Positions 42,912-52,378 are shown, counted from the stretch's first letter. The stretch: DNA of 64,000 nt from Truepera sp. (GCA_965218435.1 CBDCKW010000009.1:2752001-2816000), one strand, 5' to 3'. Numbers and translations are program-made. The notes: generated from the letters alone by a model not told the origin.

Positions 42912-43275
42912 TGGTGGAGGCGGCGGGAATCGAACCCGCGTCCGAAACCCCCTAAGACTGGCTTCTACGCGTGTAGTCGCTTGTCAATTGTCGGCGCAGG
43001 GCGAGCCCAGCGACCCGCTCACACCCTACGCTTACGCGCCTTTAGTTTCGCCTCAGCCCGACGCTAGAAGCTTTTGGCTAGCCTGTTTTAGGTCGTTCAG
43101 TCTAGCGAGCCACAGGCGGGGCTTCTAGTGAACGGAATAACTGCTCTTAAGCAGCCATTGCGTATTGCTGGTTATTGGTGCCAGTTAATGGCTTTACCGT
43201 TTTTTAGAGAGGCCAACGGCGTCCTCTACGCGCCACCACGCCCTTGGTGAGCCCCGTCGAAACCGGGACGCCCCC
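42912..43275 (-). ncRNA. ssrA: Transfer-messenger RNA
   Basis: 5' GGGGGCGTCCCGGTTTCGACGGGG; 3' GACGCGGGTTCGATTCCCGCCGCCTCCACCA; tag frame 43182-43147 encodes GTNNQQYAMAA-stop; upstream TGcTATACT -10 near 43320. Confidence 0.96.
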
Positions 43276-43478
43276 AGACGTGCCCTTTGCCGATGGTTAA
43301 TCGGTAATGGAAAAGTAGTATAGCACAGCTTCGGCGCTAAGTTTTAAGGTGGGCTACTCGAGCTACACTCTAGCGTCATAAACATCTTTGAACTCGCTTT
43401 ACAACTTGGTACGGTTTTTCTAGGCGCGTTTTTAGCGTTTTGGCTCGAGAAGGCAGACCCCGAGTATATTAGGGCAAG

Positions 43479-44081
43479 GTGACGCTGCCAAACTTGACCT
43501 CCCAGCATCTGCGTGGGGTCTCCGCCTCAACCCTTATAGGTGCAATTTTTGCACTGATTTGGGGGATAAATGGCAGTTTAGCGTTGCCGAACAGCTGGCG
43601 CGTCGGAATCACCGCCATAGTCACTCTTATAACCCTTGGCCTGGTCGCGGTAAGCATCAATTTTTACCGAAGCGCCGGACGGGTTCCCTCGGGCACTGAC
43701 GCGCAAGCTACCAACCCGTTTCGGACGACGGCCTACCGCGTTGCGGTCGCGGCTATGCTGATCGCACTTCCGGTTGCGAGCAGAGTTCTGACACTAAACG
43801 GTCAGGGTGACGCCATCATGCCCACTGTTGCCATCATCGTAGGGCTTCATTTTTTGGGTCTTGTCCCAGCGTTTCGGAACGGTATTTTTGCCTGGATAGC
43901 CGGAGGGTTTTGTCTCATCGGACTTGTTGCGCTTTTCCTACCTGTGCAAGCCGGGAAGACGCTCGAGCTGCGCTACGCGGTCGTAGGCTTGGGCTGTGCC
44001 TTAGTTTTGTGGTTTAGTGCTTTGCCAAGCATAGCAAAGACGTTCAAGCAATTGGGCGCGGCAAAACAGGAACTTCGTTAA
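43479..44081 (+). CDS. Hypothetical integral membrane protein (about 6 TM)
   Basis: GAIFALIW, AIIVGLHFLGL; hydrophobic throughout. Confidence 0.75.
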   Translation: MTLPNLTSQHLRGVSASTLIGAIFALIWGINGSLALPNSWRVGITAIVTLITLGLVAVSINFYRSAGRVPSGTDAQATNPFRTTAYRVAVAAMLIALPVASRVLTLNGQGDAIMPTVAIIVGLHFLGLVPAFRNGIFAWIAGGFCLIGLVALFLPVQAGKTLELRYAVVGLGCALVLWFSALPSIAKTFKQLGAAKQELR

Positions 44082-44205
44082 CGGGCTGAAGGTGAGGCTC
44101 GAGCTGCTGGGCAAACATAACTTAGGCCGTTAAACCAAGCTGCTTTACGGTCAAGTCAACGTAAACATCTTTTGCTCGAGCCTTCAAACTTACTCTCAGC
44201 ACAAC

Positions 44206-44221
44206 CCAAATAAAAGCTAAA
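44206..44221 (+). promoter_or_regulatory. Putative OmpR-family box
   Basis: CCAAA-TAAAAG-CTAAA, 11-bp period. Confidence 0.5.
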
Positions 44222-44290
44222 CAATCCGGTTTTATGGTGCTCAGTACGGCGCTGCGGTTAGGCCGCACCTAAACATGAGGAGAGTAGGGT

Positions 44291-45220
44291 ATGTCTCACC
44301 AGCATGACGAGAGTGGCATCAACGATTTGAGATTACAGGCTGACTTGTCTATGTGGCAAAAGAGGCCGCTCGAGCGCCGCCGCGTCTTGCAGCTGGGCGT
44401 GGTCGGTATCGGGGCACTGCTAGCGAGTTGTTCAGGCGCAGCGAAGGGCTCGAGTAGCGGTGCAAGCAGTAGCGTGTGCGTCACCGAAATTCCCGAAGAG
44501 ACGGCGGGGCCGTACCCGGCGGATGGGTCTGCGGGCTTCGGGGGTCCTGACGGCGACCCGACCGGAACCCCTCCCGGTGGCGGCCCCGGCGCACGGCCTC
44601 CCGGTGACTCGCCCCCTAGCTCGGTGAGTGCGGCGCAGACGGGCGGCGTCAACGTGCTCACGCGTTCGGGGATTGTCCGTAGCGACCTTAAGACGAGTTT
44701 GGGAACCGGCAATACGGCAGCGGGCGTTCCGACGACCCTCACCCTGCAACTTGTAAACTCGGCGGGTGCGTGTGCGCCTTTGGCGGGGTACGCCATCTAC
44801 GTGTGGCACTGTAACCGTGATGGTGAGTATTCGCTCTACTCAGCGGACGTGCTCGAGGAAGACTACCTGCGCGGTGTTCAGGAAACCGACGAAGACGGCA
44901 TGGTCACCTTCGAGACAGTTTTTCCGGCGTGTTACGCGGGGCGCTGGCCGCATGTTCACTTTGAAATCTACTCGTCACTAGACCAAGCGACGAGCGCCGA
45001 CAACAAGCTACACACCTCACAGTTGGCTGTGCCGCAAGCGATTTGCGAAGCCGTTTATCACAACGCCGAGGGCTACAGCCAGAGCGTGACCAACTTGTCG
45101 CAGATTTCGCTCGAGCGCGATAACGTCTTCAGCGACGGCTACGCCTCGCAACTTGCGGCGGTGACCGGGAGCATCAGCAAGGGTTACACCATGACCTTGC
45201 AAGTCGGGGTTGACGTTTAG
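44291..45220 (+). CDS. Intradiol ring-cleavage dioxygenase-like protein, predicted Tat lipoprotein
   Basis: ERRRVL..GALLASC, ETAGPYP, YVWHCNRDGEYS, LRGVQ, CYAGRWPHVHF. Confidence 0.85.
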   Translation: MSHQHDESGINDLRLQADLSMWQKRPLERRRVLQLGVVGIGALLASCSGAAKGSSSGASSSVCVTEIPEETAGPYPADGSAGFGGPDGDPTGTPPGGGPGARPPGDSPPSSVSAAQTGGVNVLTRSGIVRSDLKTSLGTGNTAAGVPTTLTLQLVNSAGACAPLAGYAIYVWHCNRDGEYSLYSADVLEEDYLRGVQETDEDGMVTFETVFPACYAGRWPHVHFEIYSSLDQATSADNKLHTSQLAVPQAICEAVYHNAEGYSQSVTNLSQISLERDNVFSDGYASQLAAVTGSISKGYTMTLQVGVDV

Positions 45221-45274
45221 CACCTTGAGTAGTCACACCGGGGCAGCTGAACACTTCAGGTTTTAGGAGAATGT

Positions 45275-45760
45275 ATGAACAAGTTAGGCGCGTGGACAAG
45301 AGATCATTTCATCACGCTGATTCTAGCGTTTACGGCAGGCGGGTTTGTGTTTATTCTAGCGGAGCTTTTGCTCGAGCGTCACTGGGGCGGCGTTCAGCTG
45401 GTTGCGCCGATCAGCGCAGCTGTCGGCCTCGTGTTGGTGCTTCTAGCTTTCACCTGGCGGCGGGCCGTACCGGTAGCCGTCCTTTTTTTACTGCTGGGCA
45501 TGACTGGACTGTTCGGCACCTTTGAACACTTCGAGGCGCGTACCGAAGAGCGTGACGGCCTACCTGGACAGGCGTCTCAGGTCGTAGTGCAGACCGTAAG
45601 TACCGTGCCTACCGGTACTGAAGGTGAAGCAAGGCCGCCGGACGGCGAACGGCGGGGTGGCCCTCCGTGGCTGGCTCCCCTCAGCCTGAGCGGACTCGCC
45701 TTACTCGGCGGTGCAGCAACACTGGCAGGTAAAAGTAACAGGGCGCAGCAAACATTGTAG
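45275..45760 (+). CDS. Hypothetical membrane protein
   Basis: Four hydrophobic segments with His in ERHW and FEHF; PPWLAPLSLSGL; AGGAG SD. Confidence 0.72.
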   Translation: MNKLGAWTRDHFITLILAFTAGGFVFILAELLLERHWGGVQLVAPISAAVGLVLVLLAFTWRRAVPVAVLFLLLGMTGLFGTFEHFEARTEERDGLPGQASQVVVQTVSTVPTGTEGEARPPDGERRGGPPWLAPLSLSGLALLGGAATLAGKSNRAQQTL

Positions 45761-45995
45761 ACGCAGTTCTTCAGACATTGCACGGTCCCGGCTTTCATCA
45801 AACCCAAATGGCTTCCAAACACAGCTAGTGTAGGGTGTAGTTGCTTGACAAGGTATTTCCGGGGCAGCTCCCCCTCGCTAAACGTCGAGGCTCCAGTTAG
45901 TCAAGCAAGCACGACTGCCGTGACTTGGGTCTTTTGGCCGGACCGTAGGCAGCATCTTTAGAAGAGCTAAATCGTGCGGCTCAGAGGAGTAGCTG

Positions 45996-46535
45996 ATGAA
46001 AAAGCCTATGATAAAAGCCTTTTACGTTCTCGCATTGGTGGCTGGGTTTGCTCTGCCCGTCGGGTTTGCCCAAGTGTATCTCGGCGCGGAACTCGGTCAG
46101 CTGGCAACGAGTTACGCCAGCAACACTGCAGACTTGAGCAGCCGCGACATAGGCGCACAGCTGGGCCTCAATGTGTCCGGTCTCGGGTTACGCGCTGCGG
46201 TCGAGGGAAATATCGCGGCACGGAGTCTCGAGTCGGGTAGCCTCGACGCGCTCCTCAACGTACCGTTTGTCGCCGGAAGCAGTCTCTACTTGGGCGCGGG
46301 TGCCGACATTCTTGACCTGAGCCAGCTCCGCACCATTACGGCGCAGCAGACGGGCTTTAGTACGGCGCTGCAAGCAGGCGTCTTCGGGGCTCACGCAGTC
46401 GCCGGAGCTGAGGCGCGGCTGGGGCCGTTCGGGATTTTCGGAGAGGTTCAGCCCGTTTACCGGCTGGGTCAAGGGTTTACCGTTCAGAGCAACCCCTATC
46501 TCCGTACTCGAGCAGGACTCAACCTACATTTTTGA
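45996..46535 (+). CDS. Putative small outer-membrane beta-barrel protein
   Basis: Signal peptide ending GFAQ, alternating beta-strand pattern (LYLGAG, AGAEARL, IFGEVQP), C-terminal aromatic residue (LNLHF). Confidence 0.65.
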   Translation: MKKPMIKAFYVLALVAGFALPVGFAQVYLGAELGQLATSYASNTADLSSRDIGAQLGLNVSGLGLRAAVEGNIAARSLESGSLDALLNVPFVAGSSLYLGAGADILDLSQLRTITAQQTGFSTALQAGVFGAHAVAGAEARLGPFGIFGEVQPVYRLGQGFTVQSNPYLRTRAGLNLHF

Positions 46536-46645
46536 TCGTTGGTAGGTGGAGCATAGTAGTTGAGTAAGATAGAGAAACAGAATACAGAGAATAGAGAAGT
46601 TTTACCTTCTCTGTATTCTGACTTCTAAAGAATTTTGTAAAAGGC

Positions 46646-46661
46646 TCAAACCAAAGCTAAA
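46646..46661 (+). promoter_or_regulatory. Putative OmpR-family box (autoregulatory)
   Basis: TCAAA-CCAAAG-CTAAA, 11-bp period. Confidence 0.45.
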
Positions 46662-46754
46662 CCTTAACGCAACTGTTTCTAAATGAGTGCCAGTTAAAAT
46701 TTTCTCATGGACGGCGCAGATGACACATTTTTAGCGGGTGCTACAGTAAACCTC

Positions 46755-47435
46755 ATGGCGTTGGTGCTCGTGGTTGAAGACGAACTTACGCTGGCGCAGA
46801 CGATTGAACTCTATTTGCGCCGCGAAAACTTTCGCACCGAACGCGCCGGGGACGGCAAACGCGCTTTAGAGCTGTTTGGAGCCGCGCGGCCCGACCTGGT
46901 GATTCTTGACCTCGGCTTACCGCAGCTTGACGGCCTCGAGGTCCTTAAAACCATTCGCGCGAATTCAGGTACCCCAGTCATTATTTTGACGGCCAGAGAT
47001 GAAGAAGTAGACGAGCTGTTAGGGCTCGGGCTGGGCGCGGACGACTATCTCGTCAAACCGGCGAGTGCCCGCAAGCTGATGGCGCGGGTAAAGGCCGTAC
47101 TCCGCCGCGTTCAAAACGTAGAAAACCAGGGGGACATATTGCGGGTTGGAGCGCTCGAGGTAGACACTTACGCGGTGGTCGCCAGAGTGGCGGGCAGGGC
47201 GCTCGAGCTGACTCCAACCGAGTTTAAGTTACTTCATCACCTCGCCCGGACGCCGGGGCGAGCGGTTTCCCGAACTGAACTCTACGAAGTGGCGATGCCT
47301 GAAAGTGACGCGTTTGAACGGGCGGTAGATATTCACATCACCAACTTGCGGCGCAAATTGCGGGACGCGGGCGCAGACGGTCTCATCGAAACGGTGCGCG
47401 GGCTCGGCTACCGGTTAGGGTCACAACAAGCGTGA
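46755..47435 (+). CDS. OmpR/PhoB-family response regulator
   Basis: LVVEDE, LDLGLP (phospho-acceptor Asp), LTAR, GADDYLVKP, LTPTEF, IETVRGLGY; ATG 46755 lies 7 nt after TGcTACAGT. Confidence 0.94.
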   Translation: MALVLVVEDELTLAQTIELYLRRENFRTERAGDGKRALELFGAARPDLVILDLGLPQLDGLEVLKTIRANSGTPVIILTARDEEVDELLGLGLGADDYLVKPASARKLMARVKAVLRRVQNVENQGDILRVGALEVDTYAVVARVAGRALELTPTEFKLLHHLARTPGRAVSRTELYEVAMPESDAFERAVDIHITNLRRKLRDAGADGLIETVRGLGYRLGSQQA

Positions 47436-48646
47436 ACCGGCTGGCGACTCGCTTACTGTTGGCGCTGCTGGCGGTGGCACTCTTGTCCCTTATCGCCGTA
47501 CCTACCCTACAAAGTATTGCAGCGCGGCGCATCTTCGGCGATCTCAGCCCCGAGTTTCGGGGGCGTATCGAAAGGTCTTTTAGAGGGCCGCCACACACCG
47601 GTTTAGACGGCCCCCCGCCCTTTCTCAGGTCAGCTCCACCAGATGGGCCGCCGGACGAAAGCTTTTTACAGCGAGAAAATACGCGTCTGCTCAGTGTTTT
47701 AAGCGACTACCGGGCGGCGCAGCGTCAGGCCGTTTTAGTTGGGGTTGGCGGCGCGGTCTTGGTGAGCGTTCTGCTCGCGCTGTTACTTTCAAGAACTATT
47801 GCCCGACCCATTGAAGCGGTCTCTAACGCCGCGTCACGGCTCGCAAGCGGTGACCTGAGTACGCGGGTAGACCTCGCTAAACTCCCCTATCCGGCCTCTG
47901 AGACGCGCACGCTCGCGCTCGACTTTAACCAGATGGCGACCGCGCTGGGGCAGCTCGAGGGTGAACGCAAAGCGATGATCGCCGACATCGCCCACGAACT
48001 CCGCAATCCGCTAGCCACCCTGCAACTCCGTCTTGACGCACTGTCTGACGGGCTCGTACAGTTTAACGATGACGAGGCCCAGCTGTTGCAGGGACAAGTC
48101 GGCTTATTGGCGCGGCTGATCGGCGATCTGCGCACCTTGTCGTTGGCCGACGCCGACCGGCTCACCTTGAACCGGCTCGAGCTCGACCTCAATACGCTCG
48201 CTGAGAACGCCGTGCAGCAGGCTCAGGCTAAAGCAAACAACGTAGGCGTCAGGCTCGAGTTCACCCCAGCCGATGAACCGGCATGGGTGGACGCCGACCC
48301 CGACCGCCTGACGCAAGTGCTTCATAACCTTCTCGACAACGCCTTTCGGGTAACGCCCCCCGGCGGCAAGGTTGACGTAACCCTGCTGAGCACCGCGAAC
48401 GAGGTGACGCTCCAGGTGCGCGACACCGGCCCCGGTATTGCCGAAGATGAACTGGGAACCGTTTTTGAACGCTTCGTTCAAGGTAGGCGTCGTGATACCC
48501 ACAGTAAAACCGGCAGCGGCTTAGGACTTGCGATTGTGCAAAGTTTAGTCAAATTGCACGGGGGCCGAGTTCAGGCTGAGAACTACCTTAGCGGTGACGA
48601 AAGCGGGGCGCAGCTCGAGGTTACCCTGCCCAGCTCCAGACCATAA
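47432..48646 (+). CDS. Sensor histidine kinase (HAMP-HisKA-HATPase, BaeS/CpxA-like)
   Basis: Two TM helices around a Pro/Gly-rich loop, DIAHELRNPL, NLLDNA, DTGPGI, GSGLGL; GTGA overlap with the regulator. Confidence 0.94.
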   Translation: MNRLATRLLLALLAVALLSLIAVPTLQSIAARRIFGDLSPEFRGRIERSFRGPPHTGLDGPPPFLRSAPPDGPPDESFLQRENTRLLSVLSDYRAAQRQAVLVGVGGAVLVSVLLALLLSRTIARPIEAVSNAASRLASGDLSTRVDLAKLPYPASETRTLALDFNQMATALGQLEGERKAMIADIAHELRNPLATLQLRLDALSDGLVQFNDDEAQLLQGQVGLLARLIGDLRTLSLADADRLTLNRLELDLNTLAENAVQQAQAKANNVGVRLEFTPADEPAWVDADPDRLTQVLHNLLDNAFRVTPPGGKVDVTLLSTANEVTLQVRDTGPGIAEDELGTVFERFVQGRRRDTHSKTGSGLGLAIVQSLVKLHGGRVQAENYLSGDESGAQLEVTLPSSRP

Positions 48647-48650
48647 AGCC

Positions 48651-48677
48651 CTAAACGAACTCTAAACAAACTCCATA
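48651..48677 (+). promoter_or_regulatory. Putative OmpR-family boxes (3 units)
   Basis: CTAAA-CGAACT-CTAAA-CAAACT-CCATA. Confidence 0.55.
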
Positions 48678-48763
48678 TCAAACCTTCTGGGTGACCCGTC
48701 ATGCTGCGACCTAGTGAGGCTGGCTCACGCCGACTCAACTACTTCACGAGGAAAGGAACCGTT

Positions 48764-49159
48764 ATGACTTTTCACACTATCTTTGCAGCAGCCGTTCTTT
48801 GGGGAAGCTTTGCCGGGGCGCAAACAGCGCCGAGCGCGGTAACGTCCCCCTACCTACAACTCAGAGATGACGGCAGCTTACGCGCTACGCTGGTTAGCTC
48901 CGGGGGTAGTACCGCTTCTATTCGCACTTCTACCCTCAAACAGAGCGGCACTTGGTTTGCGTCCGTTCACCCTCAAACCAGCCTTACCGAAGTGGCCGAC
49001 TACTACTGGGACGCGCTTACCCGGTTGGGTTTTGAGCGCACAAGCGAGTCAGCCACCGAAAAGGTCGTGATATGGACGTTGCAAAAGGACGGGCGTCAGG
49101 TGAGCGTGGTGTTTAACCAGCAGGGCGCGGGCGTCGTCGCCAACATCTCGTGGTTATAA
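48764..49159 (+). CDS. Secreted hypothetical protein
   Basis: Signal peptide ending AGAQ; AGGA SD before ATG 48764; VADYY..L..LGF motif. Confidence 0.7.
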   Translation: MTFHTIFAAAVLWGSFAGAQTAPSAVTSPYLQLRDDGSLRATLVSSGGSTASIRTSTLKQSGTWFASVHPQTSLTEVADYYWDALTRLGFERTSESATEKVVIWTLQKDGRQVSVVFNQQGAGVVANISWL

Positions 49160-49217
49160 GACATAGTTTTGGGGCGCAGTTTTAGGACGCGCGGGTTTGA
49201 AACGCCCCGGCTGCCTG

Positions 49218-49255
49218 CCAAATAAACTCCAAACAAAAGTCATACGAAAGCCTTA
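49218..49255 (+). promoter_or_regulatory. Putative OmpR-family boxes (3-4 units)
   Basis: CCAAA-TAAACT-CCAAA-CAAAAG-TCATA-CGAAAG-CCTTA. Confidence 0.55.
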
Positions 49256-49316
49256 TATCGCCCTGACACACTGTTTTTAGGTAGCCGCATAGACGGCTCT
49301 ACCAGAAAGGAAAATT

Positions 49317-50123
49317 ATGAAAAAACTTATCGTCTTAACAGCAGGCAGCCTCCTCGTCGGCAGTTTGGGTTTTGTCGGGGCACAGGGTGCGCAGAGCGGC
49401 TCGGATACGCAGAGTCAGACCCAAGCGCCGCTGCAGATGCAGAATTTTCGCGGTTTCGGTCACGGCTTTGGGGAAGGGGACGATTTCGGCTATGGTTTTG
49501 AAGGCTCGCCCTTCGGACGGCACCTCGCGCTGGGAACGACCGTCAAGCTTACGTTCTACAACACCGACCCCGGCGCTTCGGGTAGTACCGCTAAACCAAC
49601 CCAAACGCTGACCTTCACCTATGGGCAAGACAGCGAGGCCGCTTTCGCGCAGAGTTTCGCCGAGGCGCGGGCGAACGCGGGCTACCTGACGGTCAACGTC
49701 GGTGAGCAGACGCAGACGCTTACGTTACCAAGTTCTGACACCGCATCCGACACCTCGGTTTTCGGCCAGGGCGACCGGCATGGCGGCGTCTACGGCGCAC
49801 TACCTCTGCAGGGACTGAATGAGGGCTCGAGCGTCAAAGCCACCTTTTACGACGGCGACCCCGAGGCGAACGGTAAGGTGGTGCAGACGCTGAATTTTAC
49901 CTACGGGAAAGACAGTGAAGCTGGTTTTGCCGACCAGTTCGCCAGTGCCGCGCAAAACGCCGCTTACGTCACCGTGACGACCAGCCCACAAACCTACACG
50001 GTCAACCTCGCAGCGGTACCGAACAGAAGTTTTATGGGACGCGGCGGTTTCGGCGGTCGGTTTGGCGGTGATGACGGCTTTAGCGGTGGTTTCGGGCACG
50101 GAGGCCCCGGACACAGACGCTAA
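49317..50123 (+). CDS. Secreted protein with a duplicated ~65-aa domain and Gly/Phe/His-rich segments
   Basis: Signal peptide; repeats TVKLTFYNTDP..QTLTFTYGQDSEAAFA and SVKATFYDGDP..QTLNFTYGKDSEAGFA. Confidence 0.8.
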   Translation: MKKLIVLTAGSLLVGSLGFVGAQGAQSGSDTQSQTQAPLQMQNFRGFGHGFGEGDDFGYGFEGSPFGRHLALGTTVKLTFYNTDPGASGSTAKPTQTLTFTYGQDSEAAFAQSFAEARANAGYLTVNVGEQTQTLTLPSSDTASDTSVFGQGDRHGGVYGALPLQGLNEGSSVKATFYDGDPEANGKVVQTLNFTYGKDSEAGFADQFASAAQNAAYVTVTTSPQTYTVNLAAVPNRSFMGRGGFGGRFGGDDGFSGGFGHGGPGHRR

Positions 50124-50139
50124 TCAGCCTTAGTCGAAC

Positions 50140-50180
50140 AAATAAGCTGCAGCGCCATCTGAGCACTGCAGCTTATTTTT
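50140..50180 (+). terminator. Rho-independent terminator
   Basis: AAATAAGCTGCAG-loop-CTGCAGCTTATTTTT. Confidence 0.85.
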
Positions 50181-50406
50181 GGCGACGATACCGTTGACGC
50201 GCTCAATTTCCTGCCTCAGTCAAGGTGCTTATTCACCCTACAAAGCATGGTCACGCCTGTACAGCCCCAACTAAACTCGGCTTTCATTCGGTTATAGGGA
50301 GCACCGCTCGAGCAGGAATAGGCAAGAAAAGGAACGGTTTTGGCATTCACCTCACCCTGCGGCTGGCACTACGATTAGGTCAGCACAAGCTCGTAAGGAG
50401 GGCCGT

Positions 50407-51183
50407 ATGTCAACAGATACCGCAACCACAAAAACCAAGATCGCCATCATCACCGGCGGCAGCCGGGGGCTCGGCCGCAACACTGTACTCAGTCTCGCAG
50501 GGCGCGGCGTCAACTCGATTTTTACCTATAACTCGAGCCGCTCGGAAGCCGAAGCGGTCGTCGCAGAGGCGGAGAAAGCCGGAGTCAAGGCTGCCTCCCT
50601 ACACCTCGACACGGGCGAGGTCGGGACGTTTGCTAGTTTCGCCCAAAGTGTCCGCTCGGTCCTAGCCGAGATGGGGGCCGAGCGTTTTGATTATCTCGTC
50701 AACAACGCCGGTATTTCGGACCACACGCCGTTTAGTGAAGTGACCGAGGAGCTGCTGGACCGCGTATACAGCGTTAATTTCAAGGGCGTGTTCTTTTTGA
50801 CGCAGAAGCTCCTGCCCCTCATAAATGACGGTGGCCGGATTGTAAATCTCTCGTCGTGTGTGACCCGGTTTGTGAACCCGAACAGCTCTACTTATGCGTC
50901 TATGAAGGGTGCGCTCGAGGTGTTGACACGCTACCTTGCGTATGACCTCGGCCCACGTGGGATTACAGTCAACACGGTTGCTCCGGGTGCGATTGCGACG
51001 GACTTTAGCGGCGGCGTGGTAAGGGACAATCCAGAGGTGAACAAGCTGGTTGCGGGTAGCACTGCGCTCGGCCGCGCGGGTTTGCCTGATGACGTCGGGC
51101 CGATGATCGCCTCGCTGCTCTCCGACGATAACCACTGGGTCAACGCCCAACGCATCGAAGTTTCCGGCGGCATGATTCCTTGA
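50407..51183 (+). CDS. Short-chain dehydrogenase/reductase
   Basis: TGGSRGLG, LVNNAG, YASMK, VAPGAIATDF. Confidence 0.93.
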   Translation: MSTDTATTKTKIAIITGGSRGLGRNTVLSLAGRGVNSIFTYNSSRSEAEAVVAEAEKAGVKAASLHLDTGEVGTFASFAQSVRSVLAEMGAERFDYLVNNAGISDHTPFSEVTEELLDRVYSVNFKGVFFLTQKLLPLINDGGRIVNLSSCVTRFVNPNSSTYASMKGALEVLTRYLAYDLGPRGITVNTVAPGAIATDFSGGVVRDNPEVNKLVAGSTALGRAGLPDDVGPMIASLLSDDNHWVNAQRIEVSGGMIP

Positions 51184-51393
51184 GGCAGCCCAAAAAACTA
51201 ACTTTTCAGCCCGCCCTCCTGCACGGAAGGCGACATTAGTGAGTACATAACCTGTACAGCAGCCGGTGCTCGCTTTAGAGAGCTCAGTAGCGGCAAGTCG
51301 GGTGTCGCGAGTTCAGCTGAGCTAGCATAGCTGCTGAAAGGACCGCATAGGCATAGCAGGGGTCACGAGCGAGAGGTTAGGGGATTAGGCAAG

Positions 51394-52311
51394 TTGGATA
51401 CGTTGTTACAAGCCGTCACGCGCTTTGCTGCAGCGCAGGTTGGAGAAAGTCCCTTCTTGACGGCCATCAGAGAACTTGGAATCTTACGGGTTCAGTACGC
51501 GAAACGGTCGTCACACATGATCTTTAAGCCGGTTTTGTGTATGGTCGTTCAGGGCGCTAAGTGTAGCATGTTCGGCTCCGAGCGGTTCGAGTACAGAGCA
51601 GGCCAAGCTTTGGTGGTCAACGTTGAGCTGCCGGCCTTTAGTCAGGTCACAGAGGCCAGTCCGAGCAAACCGTATCTCGCCGTCGCCCTCGAGTTTGACT
51701 TGGCCTTGATGCAGAACGTTTTAGAAAGTCTGGAAACGCCGCCGAAAGCCGACAGTGATGTGGGTCGGGGGGTCTTCGTAACTGACGTTGAAGGACCGCT
51801 TGCGGACTGTATGCTTCGCTTAGTCCGGCTACTCGAGACGCCCCAAGCGATTTCGACAATCTATCCTCTGATTGTGCGCGAACTTTACTACTGGCTCCTA
51901 ACCGGGCCACACGGCGGTCAGATTGCCAAGCTGACCTTAGCCGGTAGCCACGCGCAGCGCATACTCAGCGCCGTCCACACGCTACGCGAACGCTTCGCCG
52001 AGCCGGTCAGAGTCGAGGAGTTGGCCGCTACTGCGCGCCTAAGCCCGTCGGCGTTTCACCGCCAATTCAAAGCCCTGACGTCGCTGACGCCGCTGCAATA
52101 TCAAAAGCAACTCCGTTTGCTAGAGGCGCGTCGCCTGATGGTGTCAGACGCCATGAACGCCGAGCTGACCGCGTATGCGGTCGGGTACGAAAGCCCGTCG
52201 CAGTTTAGTCGTGAATATTCTCGGATGTTCGGGAGTGCGCCGCAGCGGGATGTTGCCGCCTTACGCGCCGAATGGCGTGAAGCCGCAAACCAGCAGTTAA
52301 GCCCTTTTTAG
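51394..52311 (+). CDS. AraC family transcriptional regulator (YqhC-like)
   Basis: VVQGAK N-terminal domain; SPSAFHRQFK, PLQYQKQLRL, VGYESPSQFSREYSRMFG. Confidence 0.92.
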   Translation: MDTLLQAVTRFAAAQVGESPFLTAIRELGILRVQYAKRSSHMIFKPVLCMVVQGAKCSMFGSERFEYRAGQALVVNVELPAFSQVTEASPSKPYLAVALEFDLALMQNVLESLETPPKADSDVGRGVFVTDVEGPLADCMLRLVRLLETPQAISTIYPLIVRELYYWLLTGPHGGQIAKLTLAGSHAQRILSAVHTLRERFAEPVRVEELAATARLSPSAFHRQFKALTSLTPLQYQKQLRLLEARRLMVSDAMNAELTAYAVGYESPSQFSREYSRMFGSAPQRDVAALRAEWREAANQQLSPF

Positions 52312-52346
52312 GCGTGGTGGGGCGGTATAGGGCTGAGCCCGGACTG

Positions 52347-52378
52347 CAAGAGTTCTATTCTACAAGAGTTCTAATCTA
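52347..52378. repeat. 16-bp tandem duplication
   Basis: CAAGAGTTCTATTCTA CAAGAGTTCTAATCTA. Confidence 0.75.

Noticed and set aside
42912..43275. tmRNA-anchored prophage, or a simple tRNA call
   Set aside because: The 3' side leads straight to a terminator and galE. The tRNA-like end belongs to tmRNA because the tag frame and 5' end are present.
46565..46620. AG-rich stretch with an inverted repeat (CAGAATACAGAGAA / TTCTCTGTATTCTG) as a MITE
   Set aside because: It is a single copy with no target duplication, and is more simply a terminator-like hairpin after the beta-barrel gene.
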